A model generated the notes under the pieces. That model was not told where the DNA came from. It did no database searches and saw only the letters and a program-made list of their open reading frames with translations. The translations under genes and the position numbers were made by a program. Below, one piece after another: positions 45,465 through 54,142 of a stretch of 64,000 bases of DNA. Source of the DNA: Acidimicrobiia bacterium (GTDB lineage: Bacteria; Acidobacteriota; Vicinamibacteria; Vicinamibacterales; UBA2999). Where the stretch lies: contig VFYY01000002.1 of NCBI GenBank assembly GCA_016871375.1, positions 1,749 to 65,748 of the forward strand, read 5' to 3'. The first letter of the stretch is position 1. Each line of letters starts with the position of its first letter.

Positions 45465-47312
45465 ATGCCCATTCACGACCTCAAGGAGCAGATCGCGCGG
45501 CTGCCCGAGCAGCCCGGCGTGTACCTGTGGCGCAACGCCGCCGGCGAGACGATCTACGTCGGCAAGGCGCGCGCGTTGAGGGATCGCGTGCGCAGCTACC
45601 TCGCGGCGGCGGGCATGAGCCCGCGCCACGACGCGCTGCTCGACGAGATCGCCTCGGTCGAGGTGATCGTCACCGACTCGGTCATGGAGGCGCTGGCGCT
45701 CGAGAACAACCTGATCAAGCAGCGGTCGCCGAAGTACAACATCCTGCTGCGCGACGACAAGAACTACCCGTTCCTGCAGCTCACGACGAGCGAGTCGTTT
45801 CCGCGGCTGCTGGTGGCGCGGCACGTCGAGAACGGCGCGGACTTCTACGCGGGCCCGTTCCTGCCGGCCAGGATCGCGCGGCGGTCGATGTCGCTGGCGC
45901 ACAAGCTGTTCGGCATCCGCTCGTGCAACGAGGTGATCACGGGCGAGCGCGGCCGGCCGTGTCTCGAATACGACATCAAGCGGTGCATCGCGCCGTGCGT
46001 GCGGGAGATCTGCACGGAGGAACAGTACGGGGTGGCCGTGGCCAGCACGAGGCTCCTGCTCGAGGGAAGGAACGACGAGTTGATCGACACGCTGCGCGAG
46101 CGGATGACGGACGCCGCGGGCGCGGAGCGGTTCGAGGAGGCGGCGCAGCTGCGCGACGCGCTGCGCACGGTCCAGATTCTGCGCGACCGGCAGCAGAAGG
46201 TGGCCACCGCGCAGCTCGGCGACCGCGACGTCTTCGGCCTGAAGGTCGGGCCGAGCGGGAGCGCGATCCAGGTGTTCGCGATGCGCGGCGGGCGCGTGGT
46301 CGAGCGCGTGGAGCTGGCGACCGGGCCCTTCGACTGCGCTCAGGGCACGCCCGGAATGGCCGACCCCGACGCAGAGGTCCTCGAGGCGGCGCTGCAGCAG
46401 TTCTACGAGCTGCGCGTGCCGCCGTCGGAGATTCACCTGCCGACCGGGATCGAGGACACGGAAGACGTCGAGGCGTGGCTGTCGGCGAAGGCCGGACGGA
46501 AGGTGCGGATCGTCGTGCCGCAGCGCGGCGACAAGAAGGCGCTCGTCGAGCTCGCCACGCGCAACGCGGAGCTGTCCTACCGCACGCGCTTCAACGAGAT
46601 CACGGCGGCGCACTTCGACGCGCTCGAAACGCTGCGCAGCGTCCTCGGCCTGGCCGCGATTCCGCGGCGGATCGAGTGCTTCGACATCTCGACGATCCAG
46701 GGCAGCGAGACCGTGGCGTCGATGGTCGTCTGCGAGGACGGCCGCATGAAGAAGAGCGAGTACCGCACGTTCCGCATTCGTTCCGCCGGCAGCCGGCAGC
46801 CGGCTGCCGGCAGTGACGACTTCGCCGCCATGCGTGAGGTCGTGGGGCGCCGCTACCGGACGATCATGGAGGACGGCGGCCCGTTCCCGGATCTCGTCCT
46901 CATCGACGGCGGCAAGGGTCAGTTGTCGGCGGCCTACGAGGCGCTCGAGCACATCGGGCTCGCGAACCTCGTCGCGGCCGGCATCGCCAAGAAGGAAGAA
47001 GTGATCGTGCTGCGCGACCGGCCGGAGCCGATTGTGTTCGCCGAGCACGATCCGGCGCTCCTGCTCATGCAGCGGATCAGGGACGAGGCGCACCGCTTCG
47101 CGGTGACGTTCCACCGCAAGGCGCGCTCGATGCGCGACCTCCGTTCCGAGCTCGACGCGGTGCCCGGCATCGGCCCGCGGCGGCGGCGCGCGCTGCTGAC
47201 CGCGTTCGGCAGCCTGGCCGGCGTCCGCCGCGCCACGCGCGAGGAGCTCGCCTCGGTGGTCGGCGCGAAGGCGGCGGCGGCGGTTATCGATTATTTCGCC
47301 AGGACCGTGTGA
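45465..47312 (+). CDS. uvrC: Excinuclease ABC subunit C
   Basis: GIY-YIG N-terminus (PGVYLWRNAAGETIYVGKARALRDRVRSY). UVR domain (ERFEEAAQLRDALR). Endonuclease and C-terminal HhH2 (LDAVPGIGPRRRRALLTAFGS). Confidence 0.95.
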   Translation: MPIHDLKEQIARLPEQPGVYLWRNAAGETIYVGKARALRDRVRSYLAAAGMSPRHDALLDEIASVEVIVTDSVMEALALENNLIKQRSPKYNILLRDDKNYPFLQLTTSESFPRLLVARHVENGADFYAGPFLPARIARRSMSLAHKLFGIRSCNEVITGERGRPCLEYDIKRCIAPCVREICTEEQYGVAVASTRLLLEGRNDELIDTLRERMTDAAGAERFEEAAQLRDALRTVQILRDRQQKVATAQLGDRDVFGLKVGPSGSAIQVFAMRGGRVVERVELATGPFDCAQGTPGMADPDAEVLEAALQQFYELRVPPSEIHLPTGIEDTEDVEAWLSAKAGRKVRIVVPQRGDKKALVELATRNAELSYRTRFNEITAAHFDALETLRSVLGLAAIPRRIECFDISTIQGSETVASMVVCEDGRMKKSEYRTFRIRSAGSRQPAAGSDDFAAMREVVGRRYRTIMEDGGPFPDLVLIDGGKGQLSAAYEALEHIGLANLVAAGIAKKEEVIVLRDRPEPIVFAEHDPALLLMQRIRDEAHRFAVTFHRKARSMRDLRSELDAVPGIGPRRRRALLTAFGSLAGVRRATREELASVVGAKAAAAVIDYFARTV

Positions 47313-47313
47313 C

Positions 47314-47368
47314 GGGCGATGCATGCATCGCCCCTGCCATGACGTAGGGGCGACGCATGCGTCGCCCG
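47314..47368. repeat. REP-A doublet in inverted orientation (REPIN-like)
   Basis: GGGCGATGCATGCATCGCCCCTGC is a minus-orientation unit with head GCAG. It is followed by CATGAC and then GTAGGGGCGACGCATGCGTCGCCC, a plus-orientation unit. Confidence 0.85.
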
Positions 47369-47392
47369 CACATCTAGTACACTGTCAGCCCG

Positions 47393-48016
47393 TTGGCCGG
47401 CATCGACTTCACCCAGCTCCTCATCAGCTTCTCGGTCCTCCTGCTTTCCCTGACGGTGCACGAAGCGGCGCACGCCTGGTCGGCCGACCGGCTGGGCGAC
47501 CAGACGGCGCGATACCTCGGCCGCGTCTCGCTGAACCCCGCGGTGCACATCGATCCGATCGGGACGATCCTGTTTCCCTTGATTGCGATGGTGACCGGGT
47601 TCCCGATCATCGGCTGGGCGAAGCCGGTCCCCGTGAACACGCAGAACCTGGGCCGGCACTGGAAGCGCAAGTTCATGGCGATTGCGGCCGCCGGGCCCGC
47701 GAGCAACGTGGTGATGGCGGTGATCGCCGCGGTGGGCGTGCGCCTGATCGGATTCGAGAACGCCGGCAGCGCCGTGTTCCTGTTCCTGCTGTTGATGGTC
47801 AGCATCAACATCCTGCTGGCGGTGTTCAACATGCTGCCGGTGCCGCCGCTCGACGGGGGCAACGTGCTGTCGGGGTTGCTGCACGGCCGCGCGTCCGATG
47901 TCTTCGACCGTCTCCGCCCGTACGGCTTTCTCATCCTCTACGGGCTCATCTTCACCGGGGTCTTCCACCGTCTGATCGTCCCCGTGTACGAGCGCGTGCA
48001 ATCGTGGCTGCTGTGA
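47393..48016 (+). CDS. Site-2 protease family (peptidase M50-like) membrane metalloprotease
   Basis: TTG start. HEAAHAW motif in the first TM region. The later NLLPVPPLDGG-type motif appears as FNMLPVPPLDGGNV. Confidence 0.8.
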   Translation: MAGIDFTQLLISFSVLLLSLTVHEAAHAWSADRLGDQTARYLGRVSLNPAVHIDPIGTILFPLIAMVTGFPIIGWAKPVPVNTQNLGRHWKRKFMAIAAAGPASNVVMAVIAAVGVRLIGFENAGSAVFLFLLLMVSINILLAVFNMLPVPPLDGGNVLSGLLHGRASDVFDRLRPYGFLILYGLIFTGVFHRLIVPVYERVQSWLL

Positions 48017-49005
48017 CGAAGCCCCGCGTGGTGTCCGGCATGCGGCCGACAGGGCAGCTGCACCTTGGGCATCTGGTGGGCGCGCTGAAGAACTGGGCGG
48101 CGCTGCAGGAGCGGTACGACTGCTTCTACTTCGTGGCGGACTGGCACGCGCTCACCAGCGAGTACGCCAGCACGGGCGCGATCACCGGCTACGCGCTCGA
48201 CAACGTGGCGGACTGGATTGCCGCCGGCGTGGACCCGGAGCGCAGCACGATCTTCGTCCAGTCGCTCGTGCCCGAGCATGCCGAGCTCTACCTGCTGCTC
48301 TCGATGGTCGTGCCCGTTCCGTGGCTCGAGCGGGTGCCGACGTACAAGGAACAGCAGGAACAGCTCACCGAGAAGGATCTCTCGACGCTCGGCTTCCTCG
48401 GGTATCCGCTGCTGCAGACCGCTGACGTCGCCATCTACGACGGCCGGTTCGTGCCGGTCGGCGAGGACCAGGTGCCGCATCTCGAGCTGTCGCGCGAGGT
48501 CGTGCGCCGCTTCAACCAGTTCTACGGCGACGTGCTCGTCGAGGCGCAGCCGCTGCTCACGCCGGTGCCGCGCCTGCCGGGGCTCGACAACCGCAAGATG
48601 AGCAAGAGCTACGGCAACACCATCGACCTGGCCGACGATGCGGATGCCGTGCTGAAGAAGGTCAAGCAGATGTACACGGACCCGAAGCGGATCCGCGCGG
48701 ACATCCCCGGCACCGTCGAGGGCAATCCGGTCTTCGTGTACCATGACGCCTTCAATCCCGACACGGCCGAGGTCGACGACCTGAAGACGCGCTACCGCGC
48801 GGGCACGGTCGGCGACGTCGAGGTCAAGACAAAGCTCGCCAGGGCGATGAACGCCATGCTCGAGCCGATGCGCGAGCGCCGGCGCGAGGTGATGGCGAAG
48901 CCCGATCGCCTGCGCGAGATGGCGATCGAGGGATCGCGGAAGGCGCGGACGATCGCGCACGCCACGATGGAACGGGTCCGGGACGGTGTGAGACTGCGCT
49001 ACTGA
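48013..49005 (+). CDS. trpS: Tryptophan--tRNA ligase
   Basis: GTG start with a GTGA overlap onto the upstream gene. HIGH-type motif PTGQLHLGHLVG. KMSKS present (RKMSKSYG). FVADWHALT. Confidence 0.95.
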   Translation: MTKPRVVSGMRPTGQLHLGHLVGALKNWAALQERYDCFYFVADWHALTSEYASTGAITGYALDNVADWIAAGVDPERSTIFVQSLVPEHAELYLLLSMVVPVPWLERVPTYKEQQEQLTEKDLSTLGFLGYPLLQTADVAIYDGRFVPVGEDQVPHLELSREVVRRFNQFYGDVLVEAQPLLTPVPRLPGLDNRKMSKSYGNTIDLADDADAVLKKVKQMYTDPKRIRADIPGTVEGNPVFVYHDAFNPDTAEVDDLKTRYRAGTVGDVEVKTKLARAMNAMLEPMRERRREVMAKPDRLREMAIEGSRKARTIAHATMERVRDGVRLRY

Positions 49006-49805
49006 TGGTGAACGAGCATCCCGACTTCGAGTCGTCGCCCGACGCGTACCACGTCCAGCTCGCGTCCTTCGAGGGACCGCTCGACCTGCTGCTCTACCTC
49101 ATTCGCAAGCATGAGATGAACATCTACGACATCCAGATCTCGCGCATCACCGAGCAGTACCTCGGCTACCTCGAGCTGATGCAGGAGCTGAACCTGGACG
49201 TCGCGGGCGAGTTTCTCGTCATGGCCTCCACGCTCATTCACATCAAGTCGCGCACGCTGCTGCCGCGTCCCGATCCGTCGCAGGAAGACGGCGGGCCGGA
49301 GGACGATCCGCGCGAGGCGCTGGTGCGCCGCCTCCTCGAGCACCAGAAATACAAGGCCGCGGCGGAGCTGCTGCACGAGAAGGAGACGCTGCGCAGCGCC
49401 CAGTTCATGCGCCCCGATGCGCGCGTGGCCGACGCCGCCGGCGACGAGTACGAGCCGGAGCTCGAGGTCGATCTCTTCAGCCTGCTGGCCGCCTTCCGCG
49501 GCGTGCTCGAGCGCGCCAACCGCCGGCCGCCGATGGTCATCCCGCCGGAGCAGATCTCGATCGAGGACCGCATCCAGCAGCTCCTCGGCCGGCTGTCGGA
49601 GACCGAGGCGTGCGGGTTCGAGGACCTGTTCAACGACGGCGACGGGTCGCGCCCGTTCATGATCGTCACCTTCCTCGCGCTGCTCGAGATGATCCGGCTC
49701 AAGCTGATTCGCGTCTTCCAGTCGGGCGGCTTCGGGCCGATCCGCGTCTACAAGCGCGCGCGCCCCGCGGACGCGCCTCACCCCATTGGCGATCCCCAGA
49801 ACTGA
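49005..49805 (+). CDS. scpA: Segregation and condensation protein A
   Basis: FEGPLDLLLYLIRKHEMNIYDIQISRITEQYL is the diagnostic ScpA N-terminus. TGATG overlap with trpS. Confidence 0.9.
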   Translation: MVNEHPDFESSPDAYHVQLASFEGPLDLLLYLIRKHEMNIYDIQISRITEQYLGYLELMQELNLDVAGEFLVMASTLIHIKSRTLLPRPDPSQEDGGPEDDPREALVRRLLEHQKYKAAAELLHEKETLRSAQFMRPDARVADAAGDEYEPELEVDLFSLLAAFRGVLERANRRPPMVIPPEQISIEDRIQQLLGRLSETEACGFEDLFNDGDGSRPFMIVTFLALLEMIRLKLIRVFQSGGFGPIRVYKRARPADAPHPIGDPQN

Positions 49806-49806
49806 G

Positions 49807-50445
49807 ATGACCGAACACTCCCAACTCCCAACGCCCAACGCCCAAGGCGTCGTGTCCGCGGAGTTGAAGGCCATCGTCGAGGCGCTGATCTTCGCGTCGC
49901 CCGAGCCCATCACGCCGAAGATGCTGTTCCGGCTGCTGTCGGACGAGCCGAAGGAAGACGTCACCGCCGCCATCGCGGCGCTGCGCGCCGACTACGAGCA
50001 GCGTCCGGGCCTGCAGTTCGTCGAGGTGGCCGGCGGGTACCAGATCGTCACGCGCCCGGAGCTGCACGAATGGGTGCGGCGGCTGTTCCACGAGCGCTCG
50101 ACGCAGAAGCTCACCGTGCAGGGGCTGGAGACGCTGGCGGTCATCGCCTACAAGCAGCCGGTGACCGCGCTCGAGATCTCGGAGATCCGCGGCGTCAACA
50201 CCTCCGGCGTCCTCTCCACGCTCCTCGAGCGCCACCTGATCAAGATCGTCGGCCGCAAGAACGTCGTCGGCCGCCCGTTCCTCTACGCGACGACGAAGGA
50301 GTTCCTGATCCGGTTCGGCCTCAACGACCTGACCGACCTGCCGAAGGTCGAGGACATGGCCGCCGCGCTCGGCTTCGACCCGCCCGCGGGGCTCACCGAG
50401 CAGACGTTGCGCGAGGAGATGCTCCCGCTCGACGAACCCGAATAG
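49807..50445 (+). CDS. scpB: Segregation and condensation protein B
   Basis: LKAIVEALIFASPEPIT..LETLAVIAYKQPVTALEISEIRGV..GRPFLYATTKEFLIRFGL. Start at the ATG 1 nt after the scpA stop; 49786 is an alternative. Confidence 0.87.
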   Translation: MTEHSQLPTPNAQGVVSAELKAIVEALIFASPEPITPKMLFRLLSDEPKEDVTAAIAALRADYEQRPGLQFVEVAGGYQIVTRPELHEWVRRLFHERSTQKLTVQGLETLAVIAYKQPVTALEISEIRGVNTSGVLSTLLERHLIKIVGRKNVVGRPFLYATTKEFLIRFGLNDLTDLPKVEDMAAALGFDPPAGLTEQTLREEMLPLDEPE

Positions 50446-51220
50446 TTCCCGGTTCCGGGTTCCGGGTTCCGAGTTCGGCAGCTTTCTTCAACGCTCTCAC
50501 TTCATCCGCCTTCAGGTCGCGCCACTCGCCGCGCTTCAGCATCCGGTCGCTCAGCGGGCCGATCTTCACGCGCTTCAGCTTGTCCACCGGATGCCCGACG
50601 GCTTCGAGCATCCGGCGTACCTGCCGGTTGCGCCCTTCGCGAATTGTAATCAGCAGGACGCTGTCGCGCTTCTCGCGTACGTAGTGTCCGGCTTTAGCCG
50701 GACCCTTTGCGAGCAAGACCACCTGCGCCGGCAGCGTGCGCTTCCCGTCCAGCGGGATGCCCTTGCGCAGGCGTTCGAGCGCCTCGTGGTCCGGCATGCC
50801 GGCGACGCGCGCCTCGTAGGTGCGTTCAACGCCGTGGCGAGGGTGGGTGAGCGCGGCGGCAAGATCGCCGTCGTTGGTCAAGAGCAGCAGCCCCTCGGTG
50901 TCATAGTCGAGACGTCCCACCGGGTAGACGTACTCGCGCACGCCGGCCAGCAGATCGATGACCGTCGGCCGCCGCTGCGGATCCGATCGCGTGGTGACGA
51001 CGCCGGCGGGCTTGTTCAGCAGGATGTAGCGGAGGCGCTCGGCGGCCTTGATGCGGCGCCCGTCCACGCGGATGTCGTCGGCCGCGGGGTCGGCCTTCGT
51101 GCCCATTTCGCGCACCGTCGCGCCGTTGACGGAGACGCGGCCTTCGGCGATCAGCTTCTCGGCCGCGCGGCGCGAGGCCACACCGGCCTGCGACAGCGCT
51201 TTCTGGAGTCTTACGCGCAT
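50393..51220 (-). CDS. rluB: 23S rRNA pseudouridine synthase (RluB/RsuA family) with S4 domain
   Basis: MRVRLQKALSQAGVASRRAAEKLIAEGRVSVNG (S4). YPVGRLDYDTEGLLLLTNDG (catalytic Asp). The C-terminal ~30 aa run through a repeat and 53 nt of antisense scpB, so they are probably non-conserved. Confidence 0.85.
   Translation of the reverse strand: MRVRLQKALSQAGVASRRAAEKLIAEGRVSVNGATVREMGTKADPAADDIRVDGRRIKAAERLRYILLNKPAGVVTTRSDPQRRPTVIDLLAGVREYVYPVGRLDYDTEGLLLLTNDGDLAAALTHPRHGVERTYEARVAGMPDHEALERLRKGIPLDGKRTLPAQVVLLAKGPAKAGHYVREKRDSVLLITIREGRNRQVRRMLEAVGHPVDKLKRVKIGPLSDRMLKRGEWRDLKADEVRALKKAAELGTRNPEPGTIRVRRAGASPRATSAR
50445..50478. repeat. 7-bp tandem array GTTCCSG x5
   Basis: GTTCCCG GTTCCGG GTTCCGG GTTCCGA GTTCGG, read directly. 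An inverse-orientation array lies at 56193-56227. Confidence 0.8.
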
Positions 51221-51248
51221 TGCAGCAGGATGAGGGCTGATTGCAGAT

Positions 51249-51386
51249 TCAACGCACGGCAGTACCGGAATCCGCGAGCTGGCTTCGGATCTTGCGCGCC
51301 TCAGTGTTGTCGGGCAGCGTCTTGCAGAAAGAGATCACGGCTAATCCGAATTCGTAGGTGCGCTGGCTCAAGTCGTTTGGCTTCAT
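51249..51386 (-). pseudogene. Truncated four-helix-bundle protein (23S rRNA-IVS protein family) fragment, 45 aa
   Basis: MKPNDLSQRTYEFGLAVISFCKTLPDNTEARKIRSQLADSGTAVR* matches the first ~1.5 helices of this ~120-aa family. The remainder is absent. Confidence 0.5.
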
Positions 51387-51535
51387 GGCCGCCCTATGGA
51401 GCACGGGGCATGCCGCTGAGCCGGACTCAACACCGCGCGTGTTTATTCAGCGTTCTGAAATCAGCCCTCGAAAGTATTCGAAATTCTGCAACACGCCGTT
51501 CTCTGAATGATTGCAATTTCTGCAATCCTCATTCT

Positions 51536-52708
51536 TCACTTCCCGAGAACGTCTGCCCAGAACGAGATGAGCTTCCAGCTCTCCGACGCGGCGGCGGCGC
51601 GATCGAGCTCCGCGTGCGTGATGATGTGGCTGATCAGGACGCGGACGTCCGCGCTCTTCTCGCGCAGGTCGTTCGCGAGCACGATGGACTCGGCGGTCGG
51701 GATGACGGTGTCCTCGTCGCCGTGCAGCAGGAAGATCGGCGCGGCGGGCGCCATCGGCGCGAGCTCGGGCGAGGCGGCCGCGTCGGACTGACTGCCAAGG
51801 TGCGGCAGCAGCAGGGGACCCATCTCCTTCACGTTCCGCTCGTTCACCCACTTCAGATACGTCGCCGAAGGCTCGGGCAGTCCCTTTTCCATGTCACGCG
51901 CCTTCTGGAACGTCTCGTTGGCCTGGTTCATGTCCACCAGCGTGAGCTGCGACGCGTACAGGAACGTGCGGATGCCGTCGCGCAGTCCTTCGACCTGCGC
52001 CGGCGGGACGACGCGATCGGCGGCGGAGTAGAGGATGACGGCAACGCCGTAGTCGTGCGGCGGGTGCGTCTCGACGCCGGGCGCTTCGACGGCTTCGCCG
52101 GTGGCGAGGTACTTGAGCACCCGGCCAAGGTTGCCATGGCCGCCGAACGAGACGACGAATGCCACCTTGTCGCGGATGGAGTCGCGCCCCGCGGCGACGA
52201 TGGAGAGGCCGCCGGCGAAGCTGATGCCGACCATGCCCACCTTGCCGTCGGGCGCGAGATCCTCGCGCGCGGCCATCCACGCCACCGCGTCCTCGAGGAC
52301 GTCGGCCGAGCGCGCGGTGATCTGGTAGCCGATGAGATCGGGCAGCGCCATGGTCATCACGGTCACGCCGCTGCCGGCCAGATCGCGGGCGAGACCCATG
52401 AGCCGCGGTTCCCGCACGCCGAAGGAGTGGACGCCTGGCACGAGGAGCACCGCCCGCCGCGAACCGCCGCGCGGCCGGTAGAACTGCGCGGTGACCTCGC
52501 CCTGCCGCGTCGGCACGAGGTGCGGCTCCTCGACGTCCACGATGCTGGCGCGCGAGTCCGCGAACGCTTCCACGCGGCCGCCGAGATTCGCGGAGCGGAC
52601 GAAGAGCGACGCCGCACGGACGTACGGCACCGCCGCCGAGTAGCCGGCGATGACGATCAGGACGAGGGTGATGGCGATCCAGGCAAGGGCGCGACGCATC
52701 GGAGGCAT
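51536..52708 (-). CDS. Alpha/beta hydrolase, membrane-anchored
   Basis: Start at the internal ATG (MPPMRRALAWIAITLVLIVIAGY anchor). Nucleophile elbow GISFAGG. C-terminal His region LLHGDEDTVIP. Confidence 0.72.
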   Translation of the reverse strand: MPPMRRALAWIAITLVLIVIAGYSAAVPYVRAASLFVRSANLGGRVEAFADSRASIVDVEEPHLVPTRQGEVTAQFYRPRGGSRRAVLLVPGVHSFGVREPRLMGLARDLAGSGVTVMTMALPDLIGYQITARSADVLEDAVAWMAAREDLAPDGKVGMVGISFAGGLSIVAAGRDSIRDKVAFVVSFGGHGNLGRVLKYLATGEAVEAPGVETHPPHDYGVAVILYSAADRVVPPAQVEGLRDGIRTFLYASQLTLVDMNQANETFQKARDMEKGLPEPSATYLKWVNERNVKEMGPLLLPHLGSQSDAAASPELAPMAPAAPIFLLHGDEDTVIPTAESIVLANDLREKSADVRVLISHIITHAELDRAAAASESWKLISFWADVLGK

Positions 52709-52713
52709 GGTAC

Positions 52714-52807
52714 CATTTGTGATTTGTGATTTGTGATTTGTGATTTGCGATTTGCGATTTGTGATGTGAGACAACGGAGATCGCAAATCGCAAATCAGAA
52801 ATCACAA
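52714..52807. repeat. Hairpin built from 7-bp units (TTTGYGA x7 / inverted ATCRSAA x4) filling the whole divergent intergenic region
   Basis: TTTGTGA x4, TTTGCGA x2, TTTGTGA, then tgtgagacaacggag, then ATCGCAA ATCGCAA ATCAGAA ATCACAA. The cmk ATG follows directly. Confidence 0.88.
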
Positions 52808-53473
52808 ATGAAGAAGCTGATCATCGCGATCGATGGGCCGTCGGGAGCGGGGAAGGGCACCGTCGCGCGGACGCTGTCGGAGCACCTGGGCTACCGGCAC
52901 GTGGACACCGGCGCGATGTACCGCGCGGTCGCGTGGAAGGCGACGCAGGAGGGGCTGCCGCTCGACAACGAGGACGCCGTGGCGGCTCTCTCGCGTCGCG
53001 CCGACATCGTCGTCGAAGGCGGTATCGTCTCGATTGACGGCCACGATGTCAGCCGGACGATCCGCACGCCGGAGATGGACAAGGCGGCCGCCGCCGTCGC
53101 GCGGCTGCCGCGCGTCCGCGAGACGCTGGTCGCGCGCCAGCGCACGCTGGGCGAGGGCGGCGGCGTCGTCATGGAAGGGCGCGACATCGGGACCGTCGTG
53201 TTCCCGCAGGCGGACGTCAAGATCTATCTGGACGCGTCGGAGGAAGAACGCGCGCGGCGGCGCTTGAACGACGCGGCGCACACCGGCGGCAAGGCCGGCC
53301 AGGCGGCGGTCGCGGAGTCGATTGCGGCGCGCGATCGATCGGATAAAACGCGAACGGCGTCGCCGCTGACGCTCGCGGCCGACGCCGAATACATCGACAC
53401 GACCGGCATGCCCATTGAACAGGTCGTTCAGACCGTGCTGGAAGCCGTACAGCGCAAGCTGCTACACCCCTGA
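52808..53473 (+). CDS. cmk: Cytidylate kinase
   Basis: MKKLIIAIDGPSGAGKGTVARTLSEHLGYRHVDTGAMYRAVAW is diagnostic. Confidence 0.92.
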   Translation: MKKLIIAIDGPSGAGKGTVARTLSEHLGYRHVDTGAMYRAVAWKATQEGLPLDNEDAVAALSRRADIVVEGGIVSIDGHDVSRTIRTPEMDKAAAAVARLPRVRETLVARQRTLGEGGGVVMEGRDIGTVVFPQADVKIYLDASEEERARRRLNDAAHTGGKAGQAAVAESIAARDRSDKTRTASPLTLAADAEYIDTTGMPIEQVVQTVLEAVQRKLLHP

Positions 53474-53596
53474 CGCGTCACTTGCACGGAAAATCTGATC
53501 CCGTCGGCGCCTGAAGCGCCACGGCGCCTGCGACAGGACCATATCCTTCGCCGCACCGATTTCGTCCCCCGTCTGACATCCCTCCCGGAGGTTGGA

Positions 53597-54076
53597 ATGA
53601 GATTCGTGTGCGCTCCTGCGCTCGCGCCCTTCGTGCTGGCCCTCGGCACGGCAACGGCCGCTGCCCAACAGACTCCGTTGACGGTCGCGCCAACGGGAAA
53701 CGTCGGCATCGGCACGGCGGCGCCGGCGCACAAGCTGGATGTGCAGGGCGGCGAGATCAACGCCTCCGGTGGCCTGTGCATCGCCGGCGACTGCAAGACG
53801 TCGTGGAGCCAGGTGACCTTCGGGCCAGGCCTGACGCTGACCGGCGGGAACCTTGGAGTCGGTACGACGACGCCGGCGTACCGCCTCGACGTGCAGGGCG
53901 GGCAGATCAACGCGTCTGGCGGCCTGTGCATCGCGGGTGACTGCAAGACGTCGTGGAGCCGGTCTGTCACAGGCAGCCTGCGCCGCGGCGACAGTCCTTC
54001 CGGGCATCAGCAACAACTCGCAGTACTGTTCGAACGCCGGCGCACAGGTCTTATGACTTTGCGGCCCGGGCGCTGA
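53597..54076 (+). pseudogene. Secreted protein with two 44-aa tail-fibre-like repeats; probable frameshift after repeat 2
   Basis: GGAGG Shine-Dalgarno and signal peptide MRFVCAPALAPFVLALGTATAAA. The repeat GN[VL]G[IV]GT..PA.[KR]LDVQGG.INASGGLCIAGDCKTSWS occurs twice. After 53960 the protein-like reading (GLSQAACAAATVLPGISNNSQYCSNAGAQVL*) is in another frame. Confidence 0.5.
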
Positions 54077-54142
54077 CGAAACAACCGGTCGCGTTTGCCG
54101 ACAGCCCGGATGTCCCGTGCAACTGAGAACCGCGGAGTACTA

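Noticed and set aside
52733-52807. N-terminal extension of cmk (MICDLRFAICDVRQRRSQIANQKSQ) and of the hydrolase (..ITNHKSQITNHKSQITNG)
   Set aside because: Both extensions are translations of the TTTGYGA repeat hairpin. The canonical Cmk N-terminus MKKLIIAIDGPSGAGKG starts at 52808, and the hydrolase membrane anchor starts at 52708.
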